64,000 bases of DNA from Oscillospiraceae bacterium (GTDB lineage: Bacteria; Bacillota; Clostridia; Oscillospirales; Ruminococcaceae): assembly GCA_047972265.1 (NCBI GenBank), contig JBKEAM010000046.1, positions 1,009 to 65,008 of the forward strand, written 5' to 3'. The notes below the pieces were generated by a model, which made no database searches, had not been told where the DNA came from, and saw only the letters and a list, made by a program, of their open reading frames with translations. Position numbers and translations under genes: made by a program. Positions 9,980 through 18,894 of the stretch are shown here, piece by piece (the first letter of the stretch is position 1; every line of letters starts with the position of its first letter).

Positions 9980-10713
9980 ATGCGGCAGGTAACAAGCCCA
10001 GAGGGGCAGCAGAAAAAAAGAGAGTTAATCCTTTTGGTAGAGGATAACCCAGATATAATGCGTATTAACAGTTTTTTTCTGTCTAAGGCAAAAGGGTATA
10101 GAGTAGAGGAAGCCACCACACTAGAAGAAGCGGAGCGCATGGCCGAGGCACATGGGCCCGATTTGGTTGTGATGGATATATTAATGCCCGATGGCTCCGG
10201 CATGGATTTTTGTAAAAAACTGCGCACCACAAAAAATACCCCGGTGCTTTTTTAAGTGCCTTAAGCGAAAATAAGGATATTATTGAGGGGCTGCATGTGG
10301 GGGGAGATGACTTTATCTCTAAAACCTACGATTTAGACGTACTTTCGGCACGGATAGAAGCGCTGCTGCGCCGGGCAGGGATGGAAAAAACCAGCGCAAG
10401 GGGAGATATTTATAAATACAAAAATTTTACAGTAGATTATTTGTCCCGCAGGGCCTATGTAAATGATATGGATATTCTGCTTAAAAATAAAGAGTTTTCT
10501 TTAATGGAGGTAATGCTTAAAAACAAGGATGTACTCTACTCGGCAGAGCAACTGTACAGCCTTGTGTGGGGTATGCAGGCAGGCGAGGATGTGCGAACCA
10601 TAAAGGCGCATATTTCTCGTATACGCCACAAACTTAGCGATGCCTGCCCCCTGTATGTAGAGGCCGTGCGGGGCAGAGGCTACCGCATGACGGAAAGAGA
10701 AAGCAAAAAGTAA
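9980..10713 (+). pseudogene. OmpR-family response regulator interrupted by one frameshift in a T6 tract
   Basis: The receiver domain (ILLVEDNPD...VVMDILMPDGSG...TPVLF) stops at TAA 10253-10255. The next frame continues LSALSENKDIIEGLHVGGDDFISK and the winged-helix domain (RGRGYRM). The join needs T7 instead of the T6 at 10248-10253. Confidence 0.8.
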
Positions 10714-10781
10714 AAAGAGCGTAATATTTGTAATTAGGCATATGTTGGTAATATTTAAACAAAACCAGTGGATTTATCACC

Positions 10782-10810
10782 TTGTTGCCGTTTGGGAGGA
10801 AAGGTATAAT
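10782..10810 (+). promoter_or_regulatory. Candidate sigma-A promoter for the FGGY kinase gene
   Basis: TTGTTG, 17 nt, TATAAT. Confidence 0.4.
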
Positions 10811-10838
10811 AAAGAAAATGGGAAAATGAGGTGTTTTT

Positions 10839-12314
10839 GTGTACCTGCTGGCTATTGATATTGGTACAAGTGGCTGCAAGGCCTCTTTTGTAGATGATAT
10901 GATGAATGTGGTTGACAGTGAAACCATAAACTACGCCACCAGCTTTGTTAAAAATGGCTGGGCAGAGCAAAATGCGCAGGATTGGTGGGATGGCGCCGTG
11001 CAGGCAGTGCGCCTGCTTTGTGCGCGCAATGCGGGTATAAAGATAGAGGGAATAGGGTGCAGCGGGCATATGCTGGGGATGCTGCCGGTAGATGAGCATT
11101 GCTTGCCTTTGCGCCCGGCAATGATACATGCCGATACGCGTGCCGTACAGGAACGTATGCTGTTGGAAAAAGCGTTTGGCGCGCAGAAAATGTATGAAAA
11201 AACAGGAAATGTGCTAAGCGAAACCAGCACTTTATGCAAAGCAATGTGGCTGCAAAAAAATGAACCGGAAACCTATGCAAAAGCCGCCCGTTTTTTACAA
11301 TCGAAAGATTATATTGTGGCAAAGATTACGGGAAATATAGACAGTACCGATTTCTCGGATGCTTCGCATGCAATGTTGATTGATATTTACAGCAAAAAAT
11401 ATCTTGAGGATGTATTTGCAGAGGTAGGTCTGCACCGGCAAAAATTTCCTGCATTGCACCGGGCTATAGATATAGTAGGTACCTTGCAGCCGGGCCCTGC
11501 CGCAGAGCTGGGGCTGGTGCCGGGTATACCCGTTGTGGCAGGCGGGGGAGACGGCGCCTGCGCAAGCGTGGGTGCGGGTGCGGCATCGCCGGGGGATATC
11601 TACCTGTCTTTGGGCACCACTGCATGGATAGCTTATACACAGCAAGAACCAATTGTAGATAACCCGCCCCGGGTTTTTAATATTATGTCTTTAGATGCCG
11701 AAAGCTATGGGGTATTTGGTACCACACAGGCGGCCGGGCGTGTGGTAAGCTGGGTACAGGAACTGTTTGGCCTGCCATCCCCCAAAGATGTAGATTTATT
11801 GGCGGCAAAAGCACCCGCGGGCAGCAACGGCCTGTTGTTTTTGCCCTATATAGAGGGCGAGCGTTCGCCTATATTTGACGCAAAGGCCAAAGGCGACTAT
11901 TTTGGCATTGGCCCTGTACACAAAAACAGACATTTTGTGCGTGCGGCATTAGAGGGAACCGCCTACGCATTGCGGGATATTTTATCTGTAATGCGAGAGA
12001 AAGAAGAAATTACAGAGCTGCGCATACTGGGTGGTGGGGCAAAATCGGCATTTTGGAAGCAGATTATTGCGGATGTGGCCGAAGTAAGCCTTGCGGATAT
12101 TACCGCCTCTGCGGAAAGCGGAACCTCGCTTGGCGCTGCTGTTGCAGCCGGGGTGGGCATTGGTGCCTTTAAAGATGTGGCCAGCGCCGCGTCAAAAATA
12201 GGCATACGCTCGCGTACAAGCCCCAATAAAGAAAATGCCGAGGTACACAGGCAGGCATTTACTAGGTATAAAAAATTATATAAGCAACTGCAGCCCTTGT
12301 TTGCAGAAGCTTAA
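10839..12314 (+). CDS. FGGY-family carbohydrate kinase (xylulokinase-like)
   Basis: GTG start after GAGGTG. N-terminus YLLAIDIGTSGCKASFVD; C-terminal GGGAKSAFWKQIIADV...GAAVAAGVGIG FGGY_C pattern. Confidence 0.8.
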   Translation: MYLLAIDIGTSGCKASFVDDMMNVVDSETINYATSFVKNGWAEQNAQDWWDGAVQAVRLLCARNAGIKIEGIGCSGHMLGMLPVDEHCLPLRPAMIHADTRAVQERMLLEKAFGAQKMYEKTGNVLSETSTLCKAMWLQKNEPETYAKAARFLQSKDYIVAKITGNIDSTDFSDASHAMLIDIYSKKYLEDVFAEVGLHRQKFPALHRAIDIVGTLQPGPAAELGLVPGIPVVAGGGDGACASVGAGAASPGDIYLSLGTTAWIAYTQQEPIVDNPPRVFNIMSLDAESYGVFGTTQAAGRVVSWVQELFGLPSPKDVDLLAAKAPAGSNGLLFLPYIEGERSPIFDAKAKGDYFGIGPVHKNRHFVRAALEGTAYALRDILSVMREKEEITELRILGGGAKSAFWKQIIADVAEVSLADITASAESGTSLGAAVAAGVGIGAFKDVASAASKIGIRSRTSPNKENAEVHRQAFTRYKKLYKQLQPLFAEA

Positions 12315-12321
12315 GAAGTGC

Positions 12322-12354
12322 AAAAGCCCCCGTATTTATATACGGGGGCTTTTG
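12322..12354. terminator. Bidirectional terminator between the convergent FGGY kinase and cysK genes
   Basis: AAAGCCCCCGTA-tttata-TACGGGGGCTTT, a perfect 12-bp stem with flanking A/T runs. Confidence 0.85.
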
Positions 12355-12398
12355 TGTGACTATATAAAAAAGAAAGAGAGAGAAGGAAGGAGGCTTAT

Positions 12399-13331
12399 TT
12401 ATTCGGCAAACATGGCGGTAGATAGATAGCGCTCGCCGGTATCCGGGAAAATCGCAACAATCAGTTTGCCTTTGTTTTCTTCGCGTTTTGCAAGCTCTAC
12501 TGCGGCATGCAGTGCGGCGCCGGAGGAAATACCTACCAGTACACCTTCGGTGCGGGCAATGCGGCGGCCGGCGGCAAATGCGTCTTCATCGGCAACGGTA
12601 ACAATTTCGTCATAGGCTGCGGTATCCAGCGTATTGGGTACAAACCCTGCGCCAATACCCTGTATTTTATGGGGACCCTTTTGCCCGGTAGAAAGCACAG
12701 GAGAACCGGCGGGCTCTACTGCAACAATTTTAATGTTTGGGTTTTGCTTTTTAAGGTAGTGGGCAGCACCGCTTATGGTACCACCGGTGCCAACACCGGC
12801 AACTAAAATATCTATTTTGCCATCGGTATCGTTCCAAATTTCGGGGCCGGTGGTTCTTTCGTGCACAGCGGGGTTGGCCGGGTTTTCAAACTGACGGGGC
12901 ATAAAGCTGTTGGGGGTAGAGGCGGCAAGCTCTTCTACGCGTTGTATAGCGCCGGGCATGCCGTTGGCACCGGGGGTAAGCTCTAGCTGTGCGCCATATA
13001 CACGCAGCAGGTTGCGGCGTTCAATGCTCATGGTTTCGGGCATGGTTAAAATCAATTTATATCCACGGGCGGCGGCCAAGGCGGCCAAACCGATACCGGT
13101 ATTGCCGGAGGTAGGCTCTATAATAACAGAACCCGGCTTTAATGCGCCAGAAGCCTCTGCATCATCCAGCATGGCAAGGGCAATTCTGTCTTTAACACTG
13201 CCGCCAACATTAAACAGCTCTAGTTTTGCAACAACGGTTGCGGCAAGGTTATCTTCTTTTTCAATATGTGTAAGCTCTAAAAGCGGGGTGTTGCCAACAA
13301 GTTCGGAAATATTTTTTTTGATGTCGCTCAT
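12399..13331 (-). CDS. cysK: Cysteine synthase A (O-acetylserine sulfhydrylase)
   Basis: [13 protein letters not shown]-lysine context [31 protein letters not shown]. Confidence 0.9.
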   Translation of the reverse strand: MSDIKKNISELVGNTPLLELTHIEKEDNLAATVVAKLELFNVGGSVKDRIALAMLDDAEASGALKPGSVIIEPTSGNTGIGLAALAAARGYKLILTMPETMSIERRNLLRVYGAQLELTPGANGMPGAIQRVEELAASTPNSFMPRQFENPANPAVHERTTGPEIWNDTDGKIDILVAGVGTGGTISGAAHYLKKQNPNIKIVAVEPAGSPVLSTGQKGPHKIQGIGAGFVPNTLDTAAYDEIVTVADEDAFAAGRRIARTEGVLVGISSGAALHAAVELAKREENKGKLIVAIFPDTGERYLSTAMFAE

Positions 13332-13364
13332 GATAGAGACTCCTTTTATAATTAATGTTATATT

Positions 13365-13802
13365 TTATATAGAATAATCGGGAACATATGGTCCGCTGGC
13401 CTGATCAATCAGGTCTTGCAGGGTGGTTGCATTTAAGTACTCGTCAATCGTCGCGACCAATCCCTGCCAAAAAGGCAATGTGGGGGAATCGGCCGCGTTT
13501 GTACAGCGTTCCCGTTGGTTGTCTGTATATTCTGCGGGTAGCAGAGGGCCTTCGGTGGCATGCAATATATCCCCTACAGTATAAGAAGAGGGGGCCTGTG
13601 CCAAACGGTACCCGCCCTGGGGGCCTCTTTCACTTTGCAATATCCCGGCTTTTGTAAGCGGGCTTATAATTTGTTCCATATACTTCATAGAGATATCCTG
13701 CCTGCTGGAAACTTCCCGCAAAGATACGAAGCTGCCATTGCTGTGTACGGCAATGTCTACCATCATGCGCAATGCATACCTTCCTTTTGTAGAAATTAAC
13801 AT
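13365..13802 (-). CDS. Rrf2-family transcriptional regulator, CymR-like (no Fe-S ligand triad)
   Basis: MLISTKGRYALRMMVDIA Rrf2 N-terminus. Only one Cys in the protein. Directly upstream of cysK and co-oriented with it. Confidence 0.8.
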   Translation of the reverse strand: MLISTKGRYALRMMVDIAVHSNGSFVSLREVSSRQDISMKYMEQIISPLTKAGILQSERGPQGGYRLAQAPSSYTVGDILHATEGPLLPAEYTDNQRERCTNAADSPTLPFWQGLVATIDEYLNATTLQDLIDQASGPYVPDYSI

Positions 13803-13827
13803 TTTAATATCCTTCCGTTTATGATAT

Positions 13828-13865
13828 CCCTACTATACAATAGGAATAATAGGAAATCAATAGGC
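13828..13865. promoter_or_regulatory. Candidate Rrf2/CymR operator: ATAGGA-type repeats upstream of rrf2-cysK
   Basis: ATAGGAAT (13840), ATAGGA (13849) and ATAGGC (13860) as direct repeats, plus an inverted CCCTACTAT (13828). Confidence 0.35.
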
Positions 13866-13984
13866 AAATTAAAAAATAATCCACAAATTACAGCTTATAT
13901 GGTACTATATAAAAAACAAAAAAACCTGTAGATAAGACAATTTACAAACTGGGTGCCTATTCCCCTGCAAAAAAGGTGAAAATT

Positions 13985-14710
13985 ATGAGCGCATTTGTGT
14001 TAAAGTGCATTGCTTTGGCAACCATGTTAATAGATCATTTGGGGTATATAGGACAAATGAACTCTTCGAGGGAAGGATTTTATATTATGCGGGGCATTGG
14101 GCGTGTGGCTATGCCAATTTATATGTTTTTAATTGCCCAGGGCTGCCGCCGTACCCGCAACGCAAAAAAATATCTGTTTACACTTCTCTTGTTTGCCTTT
14201 ATTTCCGAAATTCCGTTTGACCTTATTTTTCAAAATGCGGGGCCGGTATATCCCGGCAGGCCGTTAACGGTATTTTTTTGGCAGTCTCAAAATGTTATGT
14301 TTACCCTGTTTTTAGGTGCCGCATCTGTTATTGCTTTTGATAAAATAAAACAAACAAAAGCCTATATGCTTTGCCTTTTGCCTTTGGCTGCCTGCGCGTT
14401 TTTGGCCATTTTTATGTATACGGATTATTCCTGGATTGGCGTAGTGGGTATTTTTATCCTTTCCCTTGCCAAAAACAAGTGGCAATTGTTTGCGGCAATG
14501 GCAGCAGTAATTATTTTGCTGCGCATAAATAGTTATTCAATGCTATTTGTGGTGTTTACGGGCATAGCACTGCTACTGGTAATGCTGTACAACGGCAAGC
14601 GCGGGCCATCATTTAAGTGGGGCTTTTATCTTTCTTATCCGGTTCACCTGCTTTTGTATGCAGTGGGGTGGATATGGTGGATTGGGCCATACCTTTATAA
14701 TATAAGGTAA
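13985..14710 (+). CDS. TraX-family membrane protein
   Basis: LKCIALATMLIDHLGYI motif; multi-pass membrane protein. ATG at 13985 after AAGGTG. Confidence 0.7.
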   Translation: MSAFVLKCIALATMLIDHLGYIGQMNSSREGFYIMRGIGRVAMPIYMFLIAQGCRRTRNAKKYLFTLLLFAFISEIPFDLIFQNAGPVYPGRPLTVFFWQSQNVMFTLFLGAASVIAFDKIKQTKAYMLCLLPLAACAFLAIFMYTDYSWIGVVGIFILSLAKNKWQLFAAMAAVIILLRINSYSMLFVVFTGIALLLVMLYNGKRGPSFKWGFYLSYPVHLLLYAVGWIWWIGPYLYNIR

Positions 14711-14740
14711 GCAGATAAGCTTATGAAATAAAGTGAAAAC

Positions 14741-14769
14741 TTGACAGATACGGTATAGAAAGGTATGAT
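14741..14769 (+). promoter_or_regulatory. Near-consensus sigma-A promoter upstream of marR-degV
   Basis: TTGACA (14741-14746), 17 nt, TATGAT (14764-14769). Confidence 0.5.
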
Positions 14770-14836
14770 ACTTTATATTTATTTCAAAATTTTGAATTAA
14801 ATATAAAGTATCTTTCTTTTATGCTTGTTTTGTTTT
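14767..14836 (+). terminator. 46-bp near-perfect AT-rich palindrome plus T-rich tail (traX terminator and/or operator)
   Basis: GATACTTTATATTTATTTCAAAA/TTTTGAATTAAATATAAAGTATC (22 of 23 positions pair) followed by TTTCTTTTATGCTTGTTTTGTTTT. Confidence 0.5.
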
Positions 14837-14969
14837 AAAATACTTTTAATTGTTATGTTGGCGGGCTTTAATGGGGTGAAAAGCCGCCGGTAGCAGGTGC
14901 TGTACAAAAACATGTAAAGCGCAAACTGTAAAGTTTGTATTTATATACTATAAAATTTGGAGGCCTGCG

Positions 14970-15434
14970 ATGGAACAAAGCTTTGAAACACTGTATACCC
15001 TGTTTAGAACAAAATATTGCAGACGTATCTTACAAAGTTCGAGCCGAGTAAAGGGCGTTTCTATGGCCGAAAGTTATTGTGCCGAGGTAATATGCCTGAT
15101 GAAGAAGCCCACCGTTACCGAATTTGCCGATTTTTTGGGCATTTCCCCCTCTAACGCACACTACAAAATATCCAGGCTGGAAGAAAAGGGCTATGTGGTA
15201 AAAGAGGTATCCTTGCACGATAAAAGAGAATACCGGCTGCTGCCCACGCCCGCCTGCGAGCGGGATTTTGGAACAGGAAACAAGGATAATGCAAAATTGA
15301 TGGAAAAAATAAAAGAAAAATTATCCTTAGAAGAACAAGAAGATTTAAAAAGCAGTATGAAAAGGGTAATACTTTTATTGCAGGAAGTATGGGAGGATTT
15401 GGATGGTAAAAATAATAACAGATACCGCCAGTGA
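14970..15434 (+). CDS. MarR-family (winged-helix) transcriptional regulator
   Basis: TVTEFADFLGISPSNAHYKISRLEEKGYVVKE wHTH segment; GGAGG RBS. Confidence 0.7.
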   Translation: MEQSFETLYTLFRTKYCRRILQSSSRVKGVSMAESYCAEVICLMKKPTVTEFADFLGISPSNAHYKISRLEEKGYVVKEVSLHDKREYRLLPTPACERDFGTGNKDNAKLMEKIKEKLSLEEQEDLKSSMKRVILLLQEVWEDLDGKNNNRYRQ

Positions 15435-16248
15435 TATAACCTTGGCACAGGCACAGCAAATGGATGTTGAAATTGTTTCTTTAGGGGTACAGTTTGGTAG
15501 TACACCGTACTTTCAACTAGAGGATGAAACTTTTGAGGAGTTTTACCGCCAGCTAGAAACCTCGAAAGAACTGCCTGTTACCAGCCAGCCTTCTCCCACG
15601 GATTTTTTGGTGCACTTTGCAAAGGCAAAGCAGCAAAAAGATGAAGTGGTGGTAATTTTACTTTCGGGTGCATTAAGCGGCACCGTGCAATCGGCCCTAA
15701 TTGCCAAAAATATGGCAGAATATGACAAAATACACATTATAGATTCGCACTCCGCCATTATGGGGCTTCGCCTTTTGGTAGAATATGCCGTAAAACTACG
15801 CAAAGAGGGAAAAACAGCCGCAGAAATAGCCGATTTGGTTGAAAAGGGAACCGGCAGAATAAAACTGTATGGTGCTTTGGACACTCTTAAATACCTGCGC
15901 AAAGGGGGACGTATCCCAAAAAGCACAGAGGTAATAGGCTCTGTTTTGGGGATAAAACCCCTAATAACCCTTACGGCCGAGGGCAGCATTGAAATGGCAG
16001 GCAAGGCAAGGGGACATGCAGGCGCAGTAAGTATGCTGATTAAAAAGATGGATGAATGTCCCGCGTTTGACCCTGAAGTGCCGGTATATTTTGGCTATAC
16101 AAAAGATGCCGTACCCTGCCACAGTTTTAAAAAAATAGCCGCGGCCAGGTATAAGCTAACCAATATAAAGCAATATCCGATTGGTGGGCTAATAGGCACC
16201 CATGTGGGGCCCGGCGGGCTTGCGGTTGTTTATATGGAAAAAGAATAA
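15403..16248 (+). CDS. DegV-family fatty-acid-binding protein
   Basis: MVKIITDTASDI N-terminus, 281 aa, family-typical; overlaps the marR 3' end. Confidence 0.85.
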   Translation: MVKIITDTASDITLAQAQQMDVEIVSLGVQFGSTPYFQLEDETFEEFYRQLETSKELPVTSQPSPTDFLVHFAKAKQQKDEVVVILLSGALSGTVQSALIAKNMAEYDKIHIIDSHSAIMGLRLLVEYAVKLRKEGKTAAEIADLVEKGTGRIKLYGALDTLKYLRKGGRIPKSTEVIGSVLGIKPLITLTAEGSIEMAGKARGHAGAVSMLIKKMDECPAFDPEVPVYFGYTKDAVPCHSFKKIAAARYKLTNIKQYPIGGLIGTHVGPGGLAVVYMEKE

Positions 16249-16259
16249 TAAAACTGCGC

Positions 16260-16298
16260 GGCCCTTTTATCCGGTGGGTAAAAGGGCCGTATTGTGTT
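16260..16298 (+). terminator. Stem-loop after degV (weak T tail)
   Basis: GGCCCTTTTA-tccggtggg-TAAAAGGGCC, a 10-bp stem. Confidence 0.5.
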
Positions 16299-16360
16299 GA
16301 CACACCGCCTTTTACTGGGGTATATTGAATAGCAGTACCAATAACAAAGGAGAGGTTATT

Positions 16361-17029
16361 TTGAGCAAAAAGTTTACTATAACAATGGTTATAGTGGTTG
16401 TGGTGGCGGTAGCAGCCGCATTGGTTGCCCTGTTGGGCTTTGGCAACCAGCAAGAGGCACCATCTTCTTCTATTCCGCAAAGCAGTTCGGTTATTAGCCA
16501 GGTGCCAGAAGAAGATTTGTACGAAAACCCGGTAATAGCACAAATTACCATGGAAAACGGCGGCGTTATTACGCTGGAGCTGTACCCAAATCTTGCTCCT
16601 GTTACAGTAGAAAACTTTGTAAAGCTTGCCAACGAAGGATTTTATGACGGGCTTACCTTTCACAGAATTGTGCAGGGCTTTATGATTCAGGGTGGGGATC
16701 CCGATGGAAACGGCACAGGGGGCCCCGGCTATGGCATAAAGGGAGAGTTTTCTTCTAACGGATGGAACAACCCCCTTTCGCATAAACGTGGGGTTATCAG
16801 CATGGCGCGCAGCCAGGGCAACGATACAGCAGGCAGCCAGTTTTTTATTGTGGATGCAGATTCTACCTTTTTAGATGGTAACTATGCCGCATTTGGGCAG
16901 GTAGTAGAGGGGCTTGACGTAGTAGATGAAATTGCCGCTACCCCTGTAGAAAAGGCTGCCAACGACGATGTGGCCCAAACCCCCATAGACCCTGTGGTGA
17001 TAGAAAGCATAAAAATTATTGAAGAATAA
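16361..17029 (+). CDS. Cyclophilin-type peptidyl-prolyl isomerase with N-terminal membrane anchor
   Basis: FHRIVQGFMIQGGDP...GYGIKGEF...GVISMAR...SQFFIV. TTG start at 16361 after AAAGGAGAGG; TM segment ITMVIVVVVAVAAALVALLGF. Confidence 0.85.
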   Translation: MSKKFTITMVIVVVVAVAAALVALLGFGNQQEAPSSSIPQSSSVISQVPEEDLYENPVIAQITMENGGVITLELYPNLAPVTVENFVKLANEGFYDGLTFHRIVQGFMIQGGDPDGNGTGGPGYGIKGEFSSNGWNNPLSHKRGVISMARSQGNDTAGSQFFIVDADSTFLDGNYAAFGQVVEGLDVVDEIAATPVEKAANDDVAQTPIDPVVIESIKIIEE

Positions 17030-17070
17030 TTTTGCAGTTGTCTTTAGCATATAAACAATAAGCCAACAAT

Positions 17071-17104
17071 AAAAGCACAGAGCGGCTAAATGCTCTGTGC
17101 TTTT
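17071..17104 (+). terminator. Rho-independent terminator after the PPIase gene
   Basis: AAAAGCACAGAGC-ggctaaat-GCTCTGTGCTTTT. Confidence 0.85.
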
Positions 17105-17276
17105 ATATTGCAAAAAATAAAAGAAGTTCTTTTATTAAAGAGTAGATACTTTTGTACTGTGCAGAGAGTGAGAATGCATTTGTGCTTATTTTTTAGTATA
17201 GCGTATACGGGCTTTATTGATTGCCGAAATAGCTTTTAGAGGTTGAATATAAATAAAAACATAAAGAGAAGCAAAA

Positions 17277-17723
17277 CTATTCTTTGGCCTGCTCTTGCTT
17301 ATCAATTAGTACGTTAATAGCAAGGCCTGCGGCTACCAAAAGCCCTCCCAAAAGGCTGCCCAAAGAGAAAGACCCCCCAATTAAAACATCCAGTAAAATA
17401 CTGGTAAAAACCTGCCCCACAAATAAAAGAAGAGTCATGTAAAAAGAAGAAATTTTTTGTACGGTAATATTAAGCAGCAGGGTAACCAATACCCCTAAAA
17501 GGCCACCTGTCCATGCCCACCATGGGGCAGTAGTGCCAGTGCCTGTATTGGCAGAGATTGCCATTGTAGCAATAAGGGCAACGCCAGACACTAAAATACC
17601 AACAATATAGTTGTATACGGTGCTGGCAATGGGGCCAGTTTGTTTGGCAAGCCCCGCATTTAATGTGCGCGAAAGCACCACGCTTATACCAGCCAAAAAA
17701 GAAACAATTACTGCGCCAAGCAT
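17277..17723 (-). CDS. DMT-superfamily half-transporter (DUF606/YdcZ-like)
   Basis: 148 aa with about 5 hydrophobic helices; paired with a paralogue immediately upstream. Confidence 0.6.
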   Translation of the reverse strand: MLGAVIVSFLAGISVVLSRTLNAGLAKQTGPIASTVYNYIVGILVSGVALIATMAISANTGTGTTAPWWAWTGGLLGVLVTLLLNITVQKISSFYMTLLLFVGQVFTSILLDVLIGGSFSLGSLLGGLLVAAGLAINVLIDKQEQAKE

Positions 17724-17735
17724 AGCGGCCTCCTT

Positions 17736-18158
17736 TTAGTATAAAATCATAACGGTTATACCGGCTGCTAAAAACACAAGGCCGATTAACTTTTTTTTGT
17801 TAAAGTTGCGTTTTGGCATGCCCAGAAGACCAAAATGATCGATTACCACAGAAGCAATGCTTTGGCCGAGCAGCCCCAGCGCCACAATGGCTGAAATACT
17901 TATTTTGCCAAAAGCTAAATTGTTAAAAACAGTGGTGGCAACACCCACAGCTCCCCCTAAAAAATAAAAAAAGGGCAGCCGCTGGCGTGGGCGCAGGGGT
18001 TCTCTCCGAAAAAGCTGTACAATAATAACAGCAACAAGGCCCACGGCGTGAATAAGCACGGAGGCAAGGTATACCCCATAGGAGTTGGTTAACCCGCCGT
18101 TAGCGGCTACCATAGCGGCAATGCAAAACCCAATAAACATAGAAAGGGCATAATACAT
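17736..18158 (-). CDS. DMT-superfamily half-transporter (DUF606/YdcZ-like), paralogue
   Basis: MYYALSMFIGFCIAAMVAANGG...; start trimmed to 18158 (the ORF-track start at 18278 adds 40 non-homologous aa). Confidence 0.6.
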   Translation of the reverse strand: MYYALSMFIGFCIAAMVAANGGLTNSYGVYLASVLIHAVGLVAVIIVQLFRREPLRPRQRLPFFYFLGGAVGVATTVFNNLAFGKISISAIVALGLLGQSIASVVIDHFGLLGMPKRNFNKKKLIGLVFLAAGITVMILY

Positions 18159-18307
18159 GGTAAGGTCCTTTCTTGCCGATGATGCGGCAGCCAGTGCAAT
18201 CAATGGTTTGCAAAAATTTAAAACAAACTTGAGTGGGCTAAAATCAAAAGAGATATTTTTAATAGGGCACTTACGCACATAGTAGATACTGCCCGTTGTA
18301 TAGTACC

Positions 18308-18844
18308 CTAATGCTCAAACAGGCTATTTCCGTAACAATCGATAACAACCACAACAGGAAAGTCCTTTACTTCTAGTCGGTTAATGGCCTCGGCTCCCAA
18401 TTCCTCAAACGCAACAGGCTCGCAGCTTGTAATACAGCGCGCAAGCAGTGCGCCTGCGCCGCCTATAGCGCCAAAGTAAACCGCATGGTGCTGCTGCATT
18501 GCGTCAACCACTTGGGGGCCGCGCATCCCTTTGCCAATCATGCCGCGCAGGCCCCTTTGCAAAAGGGCAGGGGTATAGCTGTCCATTCGGTAGCTGGTAG
18601 TGGGGCCAGCTGAGCCAATTACCTGCCCCGGCTTTGCAGGGGTGGGGCCAACATAGTAAATGGTGGCATCTTGCAAGTCAAACGGGAGAGGCTGGCCGTT
18701 TTTTAGCATTTCTATCATCCGCTTATGCGCGGCGTCGCGCGCCGTGTATAAGGTGCCGCTTAACAGCAGGCTGTCTCCACAGTGCAAGCCCAATGCTTTT
18801 TGCTGGGTAAGGGGAAGCTCTAGCTTTGTTGGCATGTTGTGCAT
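18308..18844 (-). CDS. Fe-S hydro-lyase beta subunit (class I fumarate hydratase / L-tartrate dehydratase family)
   Basis: GTLYTARDAAHKR...IYYVGPTP...GPTTSYRMD...GKGMRG pattern of the C-terminal fumarase domain. Confidence 0.8.
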   Translation of the reverse strand: MHNMPTKLELPLTQQKALGLHCGDSLLLSGTLYTARDAAHKRMIEMLKNGQPLPFDLQDATIYYVGPTPAKPGQVIGSAGPTTSYRMDSYTPALLQRGLRGMIGKGMRGPQVVDAMQQHHAVYFGAIGGAGALLARCITSCEPVAFEELGAEAINRLEVKDFPVVVVIDCYGNSLFEH

Positions 18845-18894
18845 TCCCTCCTTGGGGGTAACTTATAAAATATAAACAAGTGCGGTCTTATAGG

